Assembly: GCA_963726255.1 (NCBI GenBank)
Contig: CAVSBL010000002.1
Location: forward strand, 1,540,122 to 1,604,121
Direction: 5' to 3'
Origin: Candidatus Bathyarchaeota archaeon
GTDB lineage: Archaea; Thermoproteota; Bathyarchaeia; 40CM-2-53-6
Length of the DNA stretch: 64,000 nt
The notes beneath the pieces were generated by a model, which ran no database searches, had not been told where the DNA came from, and was given only the letters and a program-made list of their open reading frames with translations. The position numbers and the translations under genes are program-made. Of the stretch, positions 25,254-34,182 are shown in pieces; the stretch's first letter is position 1; each line of letters begins with the position of its first letter.

Positions 25254-25649
25254 CTGAGCAAACCAGTAGACGTTGGGACTCTGAAAATCGGCCACTACGT
25301 AATCATAGATGGGGAACCTTGCAAAATCGTTGAATACGAAAAATCAAAACCAGGTAAACATGGGGCCGCGAAGGCTAGAATCGTAGCCATCAGTGTTACA
25401 ACTGGAACAAAGAAAAATCTAATCGGCTCTGTAGATGCGCGAGTTGAAGTTCCAATGATAGAGAAGAAGACGGGGCAGGTACTTGCTTTCGTGGGCAATA
25501 ACATTCAGGTCATGGATATGGAGTCCTACGAGACCTTCGAAACACCCATGCCTGAAGAAGAAGAGATCAAGGCCAAATTGGCTCCAGGCGTCGAAGTCGA
25601 GTACTGGCAGATGTTGGGACAGAATAAGATAATGCGGACCAAGGGCTAA
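25254..25649 (+). CDS. eif5a: Translation initiation factor 5A (aIF5A); probable CTG start
   Basis: In-frame translation from 25254: (M)[43 protein letters not shown], with the hypusine loop KPGKHG. In-frame TAA at 25239. No ATG/GTG/TTG before ATG 25455, where the track ORF starts. Confidence 0.85.
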   Translation: MSKPVDVGTLKIGHYVIIDGEPCKIVEYEKSKPGKHGAAKARIVAISVTTGTKKNLIGSVDARVEVPMIEKKTGQVLAFVGNNIQVMDMESYETFETPMPEEEEIKAKLAPGVEVEYWQMLGQNKIMRTKG

Positions 25650-25688
25650 TTCTCTCCTCTCCCAAACGCGCCTTGGAAGGTTCACTCC

Positions 25689-26618
25689 GTGCCCTTAGTT
25701 TCGCATATCAAACTAACGAAACGTATGTCCCTATCCGGCATCGCAAAGCAAATGGAAGCAGTTAAGGTCCTTGGGCCCGGACGATTCGGGAAAGCAGTAA
25801 CAATCCTCGCAAGCCTGTTTAAGGACGGCCAGTGTGTTAAGCTGATTTCTCTTGCTGGCCCAATCGTCCCCGGAGGCCTCAGAACAATCATCGCAGACCT
25901 AATTGATGATGGCTTGCTCAACGGAGTTGTCACAACCGGCGCAAACGTAACACATGACCTCCTCGAAGGCTTAGGACACCGGCACATCGCTGGAACAGAA
26001 CTCGCAGACGATAACAAACTCAAACGCCAAGGGCTATCCAGAATCTACGACCTTCTCGTCACCCAGAAAGCAATCGAACACCTAGAGAAAACAACCTACC
26101 GAATGCTCAACCGCATCCCAGAAACAAGGCGGCGCAACATCGCCAGCTACGAGTTACTATGGGAATTCGGCAAACAGATCAGGGACGAGCACTCAATTCT
26201 TTACACCGCACAGAAACGCAAAGTCCCAATCTTCTGCCCCGGCATTTTTGATTCAATGCTCGGCTTGAACCTCTGGACCTACAGCCGCCTCAAACCGCTC
26301 TTCGTTAACCCCTTCAAAGATTTCTCAACGCTCGTGGACTTGACGTACGAAAGAAAAAGAGTTGGCGCAATCATCCTTGGTGGCGGGATGCCGAAACACC
26401 AGGTCCTAATCGCAAACTCATACCGGGGCGGCGTGGACGCTGCGATTCAAATAACGCTCGACCGCCCTGAAGGGGGAGGCGCAAGCGGTGCACCCTTGGA
26501 GGAAGCAATTAGCTGGGGCAAAGTTAAGACTCCCAACAAACTCGTCACGATTGTTGGAGACGCTACGGTGATATTTCCGTTACTTACTCTAGCCGCCCTA
26601 GAGAGGGTGGGGAAGTAA
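25689..26618 (+). CDS. dys: Deoxyhypusine synthase
   Basis: VVTTGANVTHDL, ILGGGMPKHQV, GGGASGAPLEEAISWGKV are typical DHS motifs. Adjacent to its substrate gene aIF5A. Confidence 0.9.
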   Translation: MPLVSHIKLTKRMSLSGIAKQMEAVKVLGPGRFGKAVTILASLFKDGQCVKLISLAGPIVPGGLRTIIADLIDDGLLNGVVTTGANVTHDLLEGLGHRHIAGTELADDNKLKRQGLSRIYDLLVTQKAIEHLEKTTYRMLNRIPETRRRNIASYELLWEFGKQIRDEHSILYTAQKRKVPIFCPGIFDSMLGLNLWTYSRLKPLFVNPFKDFSTLVDLTYERKRVGAIILGGGMPKHQVLIANSYRGGVDAAIQITLDRPEGGGASGAPLEEAISWGKVKTPNKLVTIVGDATVIFPLLTLAALERVGK

Positions 26619-26620
26619 GA

Positions 26621-26983
26621 TCATCTCAGCCTTGGAATATGAACTTCGAGTACGCCCCGTTTGAATTTCGTGTTTATCTTTTTCTCATCAACGGGGACAG
26701 GCATTCGGATTCTCGCCCGGTAGCATGTGAACTCGCCATGCCTATGTTTGGCGCCTAGATCCCTGAAGGTAATCTTCCTGTTGGTCTCTGCGAATATTTC
26801 CACGGAATCCTCCGTTGGGCAGTGCAGCTTAACCCGTTTCTGATCCACGTAGGGCAGGTCGACGGTTAGAACGACCTCCGTGGCCCCCACGAACAGATTG
26901 TACAAGGGTTGGATGCATGCAGCGGCAGGATTCCATCCTGACCCATGAGTGGAAAATTCGCTCCTCGATTCAGAACTCATCAA
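26621..26983 (-). CDS. Hsp20/alpha-crystallin-like small heat shock protein
   Basis: 120 aa. VVLTVDLPYVDQKRVKL...FKRGVLEVHIPRL fits the ACD beta-sandwich pattern. Confidence 0.6.
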   Translation of the reverse strand: MMSSESRSEFSTHGSGWNPAAACIQPLYNLFVGATEVVLTVDLPYVDQKRVKLHCPTEDSVEIFAETNRKITFRDLGAKHRHGEFTCYRARIRMPVPVDEKKINTKFKRGVLEVHIPRLR

Positions 26984-26986
26984 TAT

Positions 26987-27748
26987 TCACCCGTACATTG
27001 GCGGCAGGTCGAATTCGTGGGACTTGTCCATCCTGAGCATCTCTTCGTGGGTACGGTGCATCATATCCTTGCTCTTCAAGCGGATTTCCTCCCCTCTCTT
27101 GAGAAGGTCGGAAACGTCAACATTCAGATCCAGAATCTTGTTCACGGCGGTTAGCGCTGCCGCGGCCGCTTCGGGATCGGGGTAGTTGTAGTAGGATTGG
27201 GTAAGCAGCGTGATGGCGGGAACAGATGTCTCAGCACACTTGCGCAGGATAAGCCCGTATGCGCCAACTATGTAACCTTCCTCTAAGACCTCAGCAGCCC
27301 CGTGTAGCTTTGACTCCAATTCCTTAGCGGAAAGAGCCGCAAACACTTTCGGCGCAGCTATGTCCTGCCGGTTGGAAACGGCCATACCCCCCAACGAGAG
27401 CATCAGTTTAGTGTTCTTGGTTCGAGCCCAGTCAACTATGCCCGTCGCAAGGGGTTTGATGAGTGGTACAGGGATCGTAGTCTCAGAGATGATGACAACC
27501 AAACCATTGCCTGCGAACAAGCGAATAGGCGCTTTCGGAAGGCCGCCGTGCAGAACAATCATTGGTGGAAGAAGGTCAGACTCAATGGCACCGACCTCCT
27601 TCAATTTCAAGTCACTGATGATATGAGACGCTGCAAGCAACCCAACAAGTCCGACATCTGGGAGGCCGTTCACAATGACCGCTTCCTTGGGAATCGTAGC
27701 AGTTTCCAAAATGCGCAACCCGTCTTTCCCAGACAGGCTATTGGACAT
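26987..27748 (-). CDS. Proteasome assembly chaperone (PAC2) family protein
   Basis: VIVNGLPDVGLVGLLAASHII at the N-terminus and overall PAC2/DUF75 appearance. Confidence 0.7.
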   Translation of the reverse strand: MSNSLSGKDGLRILETATIPKEAVIVNGLPDVGLVGLLAASHIISDLKLKEVGAIESDLLPPMIVLHGGLPKAPIRLFAGNGLVVIISETTIPVPLIKPLATGIVDWARTKNTKLMLSLGGMAVSNRQDIAAPKVFAALSAKELESKLHGAAEVLEEGYIVGAYGLILRKCAETSVPAITLLTQSYYNYPDPEAAAAALTAVNKILDLNVDVSDLLKRGEEIRLKSKDMMHRTHEEMLRMDKSHEFDLPPMYG

Positions 27749-27877
27749 CTCGAGACCCTTCTATGAAAGCGACCAGCTGAAACCAGAGCAACATTAGCGA
27801 GTAATTAAACGGTTCGTAGAAGTTACAAGAACTTTTAGGATGCGTCAACCAACGCATCAAGTGTATCGTGAAAATGC

Positions 27878-29218
27878 ATGAGCGCACTTGAAGGCCTGGG
27901 CAAGTCTCTTAGCGACGCAATGAAGAAGCTACTGCGAATGGCTGTCGTTGATGAAAAGGCAGTCAAGGAACTTGTCCGCGACCTTCAACGAGCCCTGCTT
28001 CAATCCGACGTTAACGTTAACCTGGTTATGCAGATTTCCCAAGCAGTTGAAAAACGATCACTCGAAGAAAAGCTGCCCCCTGGAATTTCGCGCCGCGAAC
28101 ACGTCGTAAAGGTTCTCTACGAGGAACTGACCCGATTCCTCGGAGAGGAACCAAGCAAACTCATCATCGAACCGGGCAAAACCCAGGTGATCATGCTCGT
28201 TGGAATTCAGGGCACTGGGAAAACAACGGCTGCAGTGAAACTCGCACGCTTCTACCAGAAGCGCGGCCTGCGTCCCGCTATAATTTGCGCCGACACCTAC
28301 CGGCCAGGAGCCTTCGACCAACTGAAGCAACTAGCTGACAAAGTCAACGTCCCTGTCTACGGTGAACCGAATTCCAAGAATACCCTGAAAATAGTCAAGA
28401 AGGGAATGGAACAATTCTCCAGCCAAAAGTACGACCTAATCATAGCGGACACTGCGGGGCGTCACAAAGACGAAGCAGAACTGATGTCCGAGATGCGGGA
28501 TCTAGCCAAACAGATTCAACCCAACGAAATAATTCTCGCAATCGATGCCTCAATCGGCCAAGCAGCAATGTCTCAGGCAGCCGCCTTCAATGAGAGCACA
28601 AAGATCGGTTCGATTCTTATAACAAAACTTGACGGAACGGCTAAGGGAGGAGGCGCACTCTCAGCCGTTGCTGCAACGCACGCGAAAATCAAGTTTGTTG
28701 GGACAGGGGAGAAGATCGAGGATATTGAACAGTTTATCCCATCCAGTTTTGTCGGCCGCCTCCTCGGAATGGGCGACATCAAAGCCCTGGTTGAGAGGGT
28801 TCGTGAAGCAGAAGTCGTTGTCCCACAGAAGAAAGCGAAGGCCTTCCTCGAAGGCAAGTTCACCCTGAAGGACATGTACGACCAAATGGTCGCGGTTCGA
28901 AAAATGGGCCCCCTCAAGAAACTGGTTGGGATGATGCCTGGGGGCATGAACATACCAGACGACGCTATGGAATCCGCTGAGAAGAAGCTAGACGCGTGGC
29001 GTGTCATCATTCAATCTATGACGAAACATGAGATTGAGGATCCGAAACTCGTTGACTCCTCACGGGCGAGGAGAATCGCACGTGGCTCTGGCACGTCAGA
29101 GAAGGAAGTCAAAGAAATGGTAAATCAGTACTTTATGATGAAGAAGATGATGAAGAGCATGAAACGCCGTGGCGCTGCCTTCGGCAGAGGAAAGATGCCT
29201 TTCCCAACACGTCCCTGA
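27878..29218 (+). CDS. srp54: Signal recognition particle protein SRP54
   Basis: N domain, G domain GIQGTGKTT, DTAGR, TKLDG, and a Met-rich M domain (MMKKMMKSMK). Confidence 0.95.
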   Translation: MSALEGLGKSLSDAMKKLLRMAVVDEKAVKELVRDLQRALLQSDVNVNLVMQISQAVEKRSLEEKLPPGISRREHVVKVLYEELTRFLGEEPSKLIIEPGKTQVIMLVGIQGTGKTTAAVKLARFYQKRGLRPAIICADTYRPGAFDQLKQLADKVNVPVYGEPNSKNTLKIVKKGMEQFSSQKYDLIIADTAGRHKDEAELMSEMRDLAKQIQPNEIILAIDASIGQAAMSQAAAFNESTKIGSILITKLDGTAKGGGALSAVAATHAKIKFVGTGEKIEDIEQFIPSSFVGRLLGMGDIKALVERVREAEVVVPQKKAKAFLEGKFTLKDMYDQMVAVRKMGPLKKLVGMMPGGMNIPDDAMESAEKKLDAWRVIIQSMTKHEIEDPKLVDSSRARRIARGSGTSEKEVKEMVNQYFMMKKMMKSMKRRGAAFGRGKMPFPTRP

Positions 29219-29291
29219 AAGACGCGAAAAATCTCCTAAGAAAGTTAATTAGCGTGCCCTTCATGTGCTAGCAAATTTCAGGTCATGACTC

Positions 29292-29585
29292 ATGGTAAGG
29301 CGCTCGAAGGGCTACCGCTCGAGGACGCGGGCTCTCTTCCGGAAGAGACCTCGCGAGCGAGGAAAAATAGGCCTCAGCAGAATTCTCCGAACCTACAAAC
29401 CCGGCGAGAAAGTAACGATCATAATTGAGCCCTCAGTGCACAAGGGCATGCCGCACAGGCGCTACCATGGAAGGGTTGGAGTAATTCAAGCGAAACGTGG
29501 CAAGTCATACGTGGTTCACGTCACGATGGGCAATCAGACGAAACAGATTATCTCGCGACCTGAACACCTTACCCCTGTACGTTGA
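29292..29585 (+). CDS. rpl21e: 50S ribosomal protein L21e
   Basis: MVRRSKGYRSRTR...YHGRVGVI is typical of eL21. Confidence 0.9.
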   Translation: MVRRSKGYRSRTRALFRKRPRERGKIGLSRILRTYKPGEKVTIIIEPSVHKGMPHRRYHGRVGVIQAKRGKSYVVHVTMGNQTKQIISRPEHLTPVR

Positions 29586-29930
29586 GTGAACCGATTGCCC
29601 AGGAAGATTGTCGATTCTAAGCCCACCACGACCACTGAAGCCAAGAGAACCCTCGAACGCGCAAAGGAAGAGGAACTGGGCGAATTTCAGAGGCGGACAC
29701 TTGACTACGCCTCCAAGTTCGCCAAAGTATCCCCCGCTAAAGCTGAGAAGCTAGTACGGGAATTATCAGAGAAACATCAACTCGAACGAAAGGATGCAAT
29801 TCAAGTCGTCAACACAATGCCCCGTTACATCGAAGAGCTACGTGCAATCCTCACAGTCAAAGGAAGAATAATCAGCGGTACTCAACTGGAAGACATTCTG
29901 AAACTTCTCAATAGCTATCGAGAAGATTAA
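29586..29930 (+). CDS. rpoF: DNA-directed RNA polymerase subunit F (Rpb4 family)
   Basis: 114 aa helical protein immediately after rpl21e (the conserved archaeal rpl21e-rpoF-DUF655 order). Rpb4-like C-terminal repeat. Confidence 0.65.
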   Translation: MNRLPRKIVDSKPTTTTEAKRTLERAKEEELGEFQRRTLDYASKFAKVSPAKAEKLVRELSEKHQLERKDAIQVVNTMPRYIEELRAILTVKGRIISGTQLEDILKLLNSYRED

Positions 29931-29958
29931 CCCCCCGAGCGATTCCTAAACATAATAC

Positions 29959-29975
29959 GGGGAAACCTTTTTCCC
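29959..29975 (+). terminator. Hairpin with T-run after rpoF
   Basis: GGGGAAACCTTTTTCCC: GGGAAA/TTTCCC stem containing a T5 run, 29 nt after the rpoF stop. Confidence 0.4.
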
Positions 29976-30118
29976 TTGCAAACCCTCAATTCTAAGCGGA
30001 TATGCTCAACGTTGCCAGGCACTGGCCATTCTGCCACAATCACTAAGAAGACACAGAGGCTAAACCCCTACTTCCTTTAGCGCGTAATGTTGCGCAAACG
30101 ATTTCTGGAGAGATTAGA

Positions 30119-30775
30119 ATGAGCGAGAGTACAAGAAATTCAGATGAAATGCGGAGTGCGAGTTCGGGTCCCTCAGGGTTCAGGCCAACGGCCAGAAGTG
30201 GTGTGGAGGGCGGCATCCCACCGCGACTTTACGAAGAATACGCGTACGTGCTAGATTATTTGCAATACGGCCGACCGGGAACGGACAAGCCTAGACACCT
30301 TGCGCTGCCAACTGTTCAGGTGATCGGTGAAACATACTTCACACTCCTTGAGGCCGAAATACGTACTGGAACTCAGGTGAACCTTCACGAGCGCGTCTAC
30401 ATTGGGAAAGACCGACGGGAGAAAATCAACCGTATCATCGGAAGAATCGGTTACAACGACCTAACTGCAAACGCGAAAGCCGAACTCCTCTCGGTCCTGG
30501 AAGACCTAATCGCACAGCAAGAGCAGCGATTTGTTGCCTTTTTCAACAATTCCCAAGCTATCACACCACGCATGCACGCACTAGAGCTGCTCCCGGGAAT
30601 CGGGAAAAAATCAATGTGGCAGATAATCAACGCGAGAGAAAAAAAGCCATTCACGTCATTCAAGGAAATTCGCGAACGAACAAGCATCGGAGACCCGATC
30701 AAAGTAGTAGCCAAAAGGATCATGGACGAATTGACCGGGGGAGAAAAATACCGGGTCTTCTCCAGAGCACTATAG
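30119..30775 (+). CDS. DUF655-family putative RNA-binding protein (OB + HhH)
   Basis: EEYAYVLDYLQYGRPG...VIGETYFTLLEA...LELLPGIGKKSMWQI. Position after rpoF matches the conserved cluster. Confidence 0.75.
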   Translation: MSESTRNSDEMRSASSGPSGFRPTARSGVEGGIPPRLYEEYAYVLDYLQYGRPGTDKPRHLALPTVQVIGETYFTLLEAEIRTGTQVNLHERVYIGKDRREKINRIIGRIGYNDLTANAKAELLSVLEDLIAQQEQRFVAFFNNSQAITPRMHALELLPGIGKKSMWQIINAREKKPFTSFKEIRERTSIGDPIKVVAKRIMDELTGGEKYRVFSRAL

Positions 30776-30806
30776 ACAAAAGCACCAATGCGTTGAGAGA
30801 GCTGGT

Positions 30807-31907
30807 TTGCGCAATAGGGTAATCCTGCATGTAGACCTCGACTACTTCTACGCCCAGTGCGAAGAGAACAGAAAACCAGACATCCGCGGAAAACCCGTAG
30901 TAGTTTGCGTATATTCCGGCCGAACTGAGGAAAGCGGAGTAGTCAGCACCTCCAATTACCTAGCAAGGAAATATGGCGTAAAAGCAGGCATACCCATCGC
31001 TCGAGCAAAGAAACTCCTCGAATCCGCAAACCCCGTGTTCCTTCCAATGGACCGCTCCTATTACGAACAGGTCTCCGAAAGGATAATGGAAATCTTGAGA
31101 GGGCAAGGCGATGCATTTGAAAAGGTGGGAATAGACGAAGCCTACATAGAAATTTCAACAAGAGCAAACAACAAGTTCGAACAAACTGAAAACATCGCGG
31201 CCGACGTTAAACGAAAAATACTCACCGAGGAGCAGATCACCTGCTCAATTGGAATCGCACCCAACAAGCTCGTTGCCAAGATTGCCTCCGACGAGAGAAA
31301 GCCGGATGGGCTTACGGTGGTGAGGCCGGAAGAGGTCGAGGATTTCCTGGCACAATTGCCAGCATCACGGATACCTGGAGTAGGAAAGAAGGTGGAAGAC
31401 AAACTGGATCAAATGCATGTTAAGACAGTCGCTGAACTTTCGACGCTCAGCCCGGCGAGGCTCGTTGAAAACTTCGGGAAGAGCCTAGGAGGTTATCTTT
31501 TTCGGGCCGCCCGGGGGGAGGATGATGAAGCAGTAAAGGAAAGGGAACAACCGACACAGCTAAGCCGAATTGCCACCTTGAAACGGAATACACATGACCT
31601 GCCAGAAATACTTCCCCTGCTAAGCGAATTAGCAAATACCGTAACAGCCAACCTGAACGAGAAAGGCATGACGTGCAGGTCGGTAGCAATCATAGCCATA
31701 CTGAACGACTTGTCGATTCACACCAAATCGAAAACATTGGAACAACCAACCGCAGATGACAAAATCATCGTGAAAGCTACGCACGACTTGATGAAGGAAT
31801 TCTTAGACTCGATGTCCGCTGCTATGGTTCGACGAACAGGAGTCAAACTCTCCACATTATCTAAACCAACAGGACAGACAGACATCGCCAACTTCCTGAA
31901 GGTGTAA
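30807..31907 (+). CDS. dinB: Y-family DNA polymerase IV (DinB/Dpo4-like)
   Basis: ILHVDLDYFYAQCEE, GIDEAYIE, SIGIAPNKLVAKIAS, IPGVGKK. Confidence 0.9.
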   Translation: MRNRVILHVDLDYFYAQCEENRKPDIRGKPVVVCVYSGRTEESGVVSTSNYLARKYGVKAGIPIARAKKLLESANPVFLPMDRSYYEQVSERIMEILRGQGDAFEKVGIDEAYIEISTRANNKFEQTENIAADVKRKILTEEQITCSIGIAPNKLVAKIASDERKPDGLTVVRPEEVEDFLAQLPASRIPGVGKKVEDKLDQMHVKTVAELSTLSPARLVENFGKSLGGYLFRAARGEDDEAVKEREQPTQLSRIATLKRNTHDLPEILPLLSELANTVTANLNEKGMTCRSVAIIAILNDLSIHTKSKTLEQPTADDKIIVKATHDLMKEFLDSMSAAMVRRTGVKLSTLSKPTGQTDIANFLKV

Positions 31908-31953
31908 CCTCGAGCAGAGTCCGCCAGCCATCAAATCGGTTGAGGAATCTACT

Positions 31954-32778
31954 ATGGCCTGGGTTCGAAGAGAGCTTGACTCGATAGGCGTACCTCCGCT
32001 CAAACGATTCGGACAAAACTTTCTAATTGACAAAGGCGTTCGCGAACGTCTAATTGAGCTGGCTGAGCTAACAGTTGATGATACGGTCCTTGAGGTAGGG
32101 CCCGGCCTCGGATTCTTGACCGAGGCTTTGATAAACAGAGCAGGGCACGTAATGGCGATCGAGAAGGATCGGACGCTTGCTGCATACCTGAAAGCGAAAT
32201 TCTCCCACCAAAGGAACTTGACAGTTGTTGAAGGGGACGCACTAACCGCACACATCCCTGATGGTTCAAAAGTTGTTTCCAGTCCCCCCTACAACATTTC
32301 GTCAAAGCTCATACTGCTAATTATGAACAGTCGATTTCGATTGGCGGCATTGTTGATGCAGGAAGAGTTTGTCCGAAGATTAACAGCTTCTAGCGGATCC
32401 CGAGAGTATGGACGAATCAGCGTGATGCTGCAATCTAAGGCTGTCGCAGAATTTGTTATGAAAGTCCCTCGGGAGGCATTCTATCCGAAACCGAGAGTTG
32501 ATTCCGCTTTCGTCACAATCAGGCCAACCAGCGACAACCTTCAGATCAAAAACCAGGAATTGTTTGTTGATATGGTACGTTCGCTGTTTACCCAACGCCG
32601 ACGAATGCTGAGGGGAGTCTTGGTGAGATACCTGAAGGCGCGATACCCCACACGATGCAACACGATAATTCAACACGTAACCCTTCTTGACAAGCGAATC
32701 TACGAACTCAATCCAAGAGAATTGATGACGTTGTCAAACCAGATCGTTGACGCAACTACAGAATCCGAGCGTGATTGA
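31954..32778 (+). CDS. rsmA: 16S rRNA (adenine-N6,N6)-dimethyltransferase RsmA/KsgA/Dim1
   Basis: FGQNFLID, VLEVGPGLGFLT, VVSSPPYNISS. Confidence 0.9.
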   Translation: MAWVRRELDSIGVPPLKRFGQNFLIDKGVRERLIELAELTVDDTVLEVGPGLGFLTEALINRAGHVMAIEKDRTLAAYLKAKFSHQRNLTVVEGDALTAHIPDGSKVVSSPPYNISSKLILLIMNSRFRLAALLMQEEFVRRLTASSGSREYGRISVMLQSKAVAEFVMKVPREAFYPKPRVDSAFVTIRPTSDNLQIKNQELFVDMVRSLFTQRRRMLRGVLVRYLKARYPTRCNTIIQHVTLLDKRIYELNPRELMTLSNQIVDATTESERD

Positions 32779-33475
32779 ATCGCCGATTAGAGTAATCCTC
32801 CTGGGACCAGAGACAGGAGGAAACATTGGCTCTGTAGCCCGATCGATGAAAAATTTCCAGCTAAACGACCTCTGGATCGTGAAACCGAAAACGCCCATCA
32901 ATAACGAGGCGAAGGCTTTCGCAATGAGAGGCCTGGATATCCTCGAGTGTGCAAAAGTCGTCGGGGCACTCAAGAAAGCGTTGAAAGGCGTGGACTTGGT
33001 TGTAGGAACGAGTTCTGTGGTTGCAACAAGCACATCCAACCTCTCCAGAGTATCAATCACACCAACCGAACTCGCTGAAAGAGTACGTGCCGCCAAAGGA
33101 ACCGTCGGGATTATCTTCGGGAGAGAGAGCTCCGGATTAAGTAACCGAGAAGTGGAAACCTGCGACCTGATGGTCACAATACCCGCAAGCCGCGACTACA
33201 ATGTGTTGAACATAGCAACGGCCGCCTCAATCATCTTCTACGAAATCTTCCACCAAAGAATAAGAGGGCGAAGCTTCGAGTTGGCTTCTAGACCTGCCAT
33301 GGAAAGGCTCCTTCAACAATTCAACAGACTGCTGATACGAAGCAACATCCAGGCGCATAGGCGTAGACTCGCCCAACGCGCTTTCCGCAACGTGGTCTCA
33401 CGGTCTTTTGTCACAAAACGCGAGGCGTCGCTTCTTCTAGGGCTATTTAGGAAGGTACACGCAGAACTAACGTAA
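32771..33475 (+). CDS. SpoU/TrmH-family RNA 2'-O-methyltransferase (TrmJ-like)
   Basis: IRVILLGPETGGNIGSVARSMKNF, IIFGRESSGLSN, NVLNIATAASIIFYE. GTG 32771 lies just before the rsmA stop; the track start is 32747. Confidence 0.8.
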   Translation: MIESPIRVILLGPETGGNIGSVARSMKNFQLNDLWIVKPKTPINNEAKAFAMRGLDILECAKVVGALKKALKGVDLVVGTSSVVATSTSNLSRVSITPTELAERVRAAKGTVGIIFGRESSGLSNREVETCDLMVTIPASRDYNVLNIATAASIIFYEIFHQRIRGRSFELASRPAMERLLQQFNRLLIRSNIQAHRRRLAQRAFRNVVSRSFVTKREASLLLGLFRKVHAELT

Positions 33476-33513
33476 CCCATTCTAACGGATGAAAGATTCT
33501 ACAGCGATATCCT

Positions 33514-34122
33514 ATGAAAACGCCGACAGTCATCCTCATTGCAGTCTTGGTAATTGTGATGCCACCAGCTGCGGCCGCGTCTGGAACCGGAACGGTCACA
33601 ATTCAGATTCAAGGGTATGGAACCGTTCACGGCCAGTTGCAGAACACACTCATTCAAGCAGACAATAGCGTAGCGATGTCAATGTTGGTGGACGATCAAC
33701 TCCAGACGTCTCAGGGCTCTTTCCCTTTGCAGGCGACGGGCGAGTGGACCGGGATTCTCAGCAATTCGACATTGTCGGGCACGATCCATGATGTTCAAGG
33801 AAAGATTCACGTCTGCGTAATTTTATCCTGTAATGATGTTGACTTCACCGGCCACGGGAATTGGACTGGGCAACTTCAAACCGGCTCACTTGGAAGCGGA
33901 AACCTCACCGGAACGATAACTATCACGAACTCTCCGTATCCTCAGATTCCGCAAGGCCAAGGAATTCCTATTTACGGCGCATGGGCGGCGGATTTCACAT
34001 CTTCCGTTCCTGAGTTCAATTCCAACCTCAGCCTCCTACTACTTGCAACCGTAACGGCTGCAATTATTCTAACGCGCCGAAAAACGGAGAACGCAAAAGG
34101 CACCGACCAAGTTTCGACTTGA
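33514..34122 (+). CDS. Secreted protein with PEF-CTERM-type sorting signal
   Basis: Signal peptide MKTPTVILIAVLVIVMPPAAAASG. C-terminus VPEFNSNLSLLLLATVTAAIILTRRK (P-E-F, TM helix, basic cluster). Confidence 0.7.
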   Translation: MKTPTVILIAVLVIVMPPAAAASGTGTVTIQIQGYGTVHGQLQNTLIQADNSVAMSMLVDDQLQTSQGSFPLQATGEWTGILSNSTLSGTIHDVQGKIHVCVILSCNDVDFTGHGNWTGQLQTGSLGSGNLTGTITITNSPYPQIPQGQGIPIYGAWAADFTSSVPEFNSNLSLLLLATVTAAIILTRRKTENAKGTDQVST

Positions 34123-34182
34123 TAGCATGTAAACTTAAGTAACACTCAACGCAATCACGCTAAACTCCCCGGTGAATTAGAT

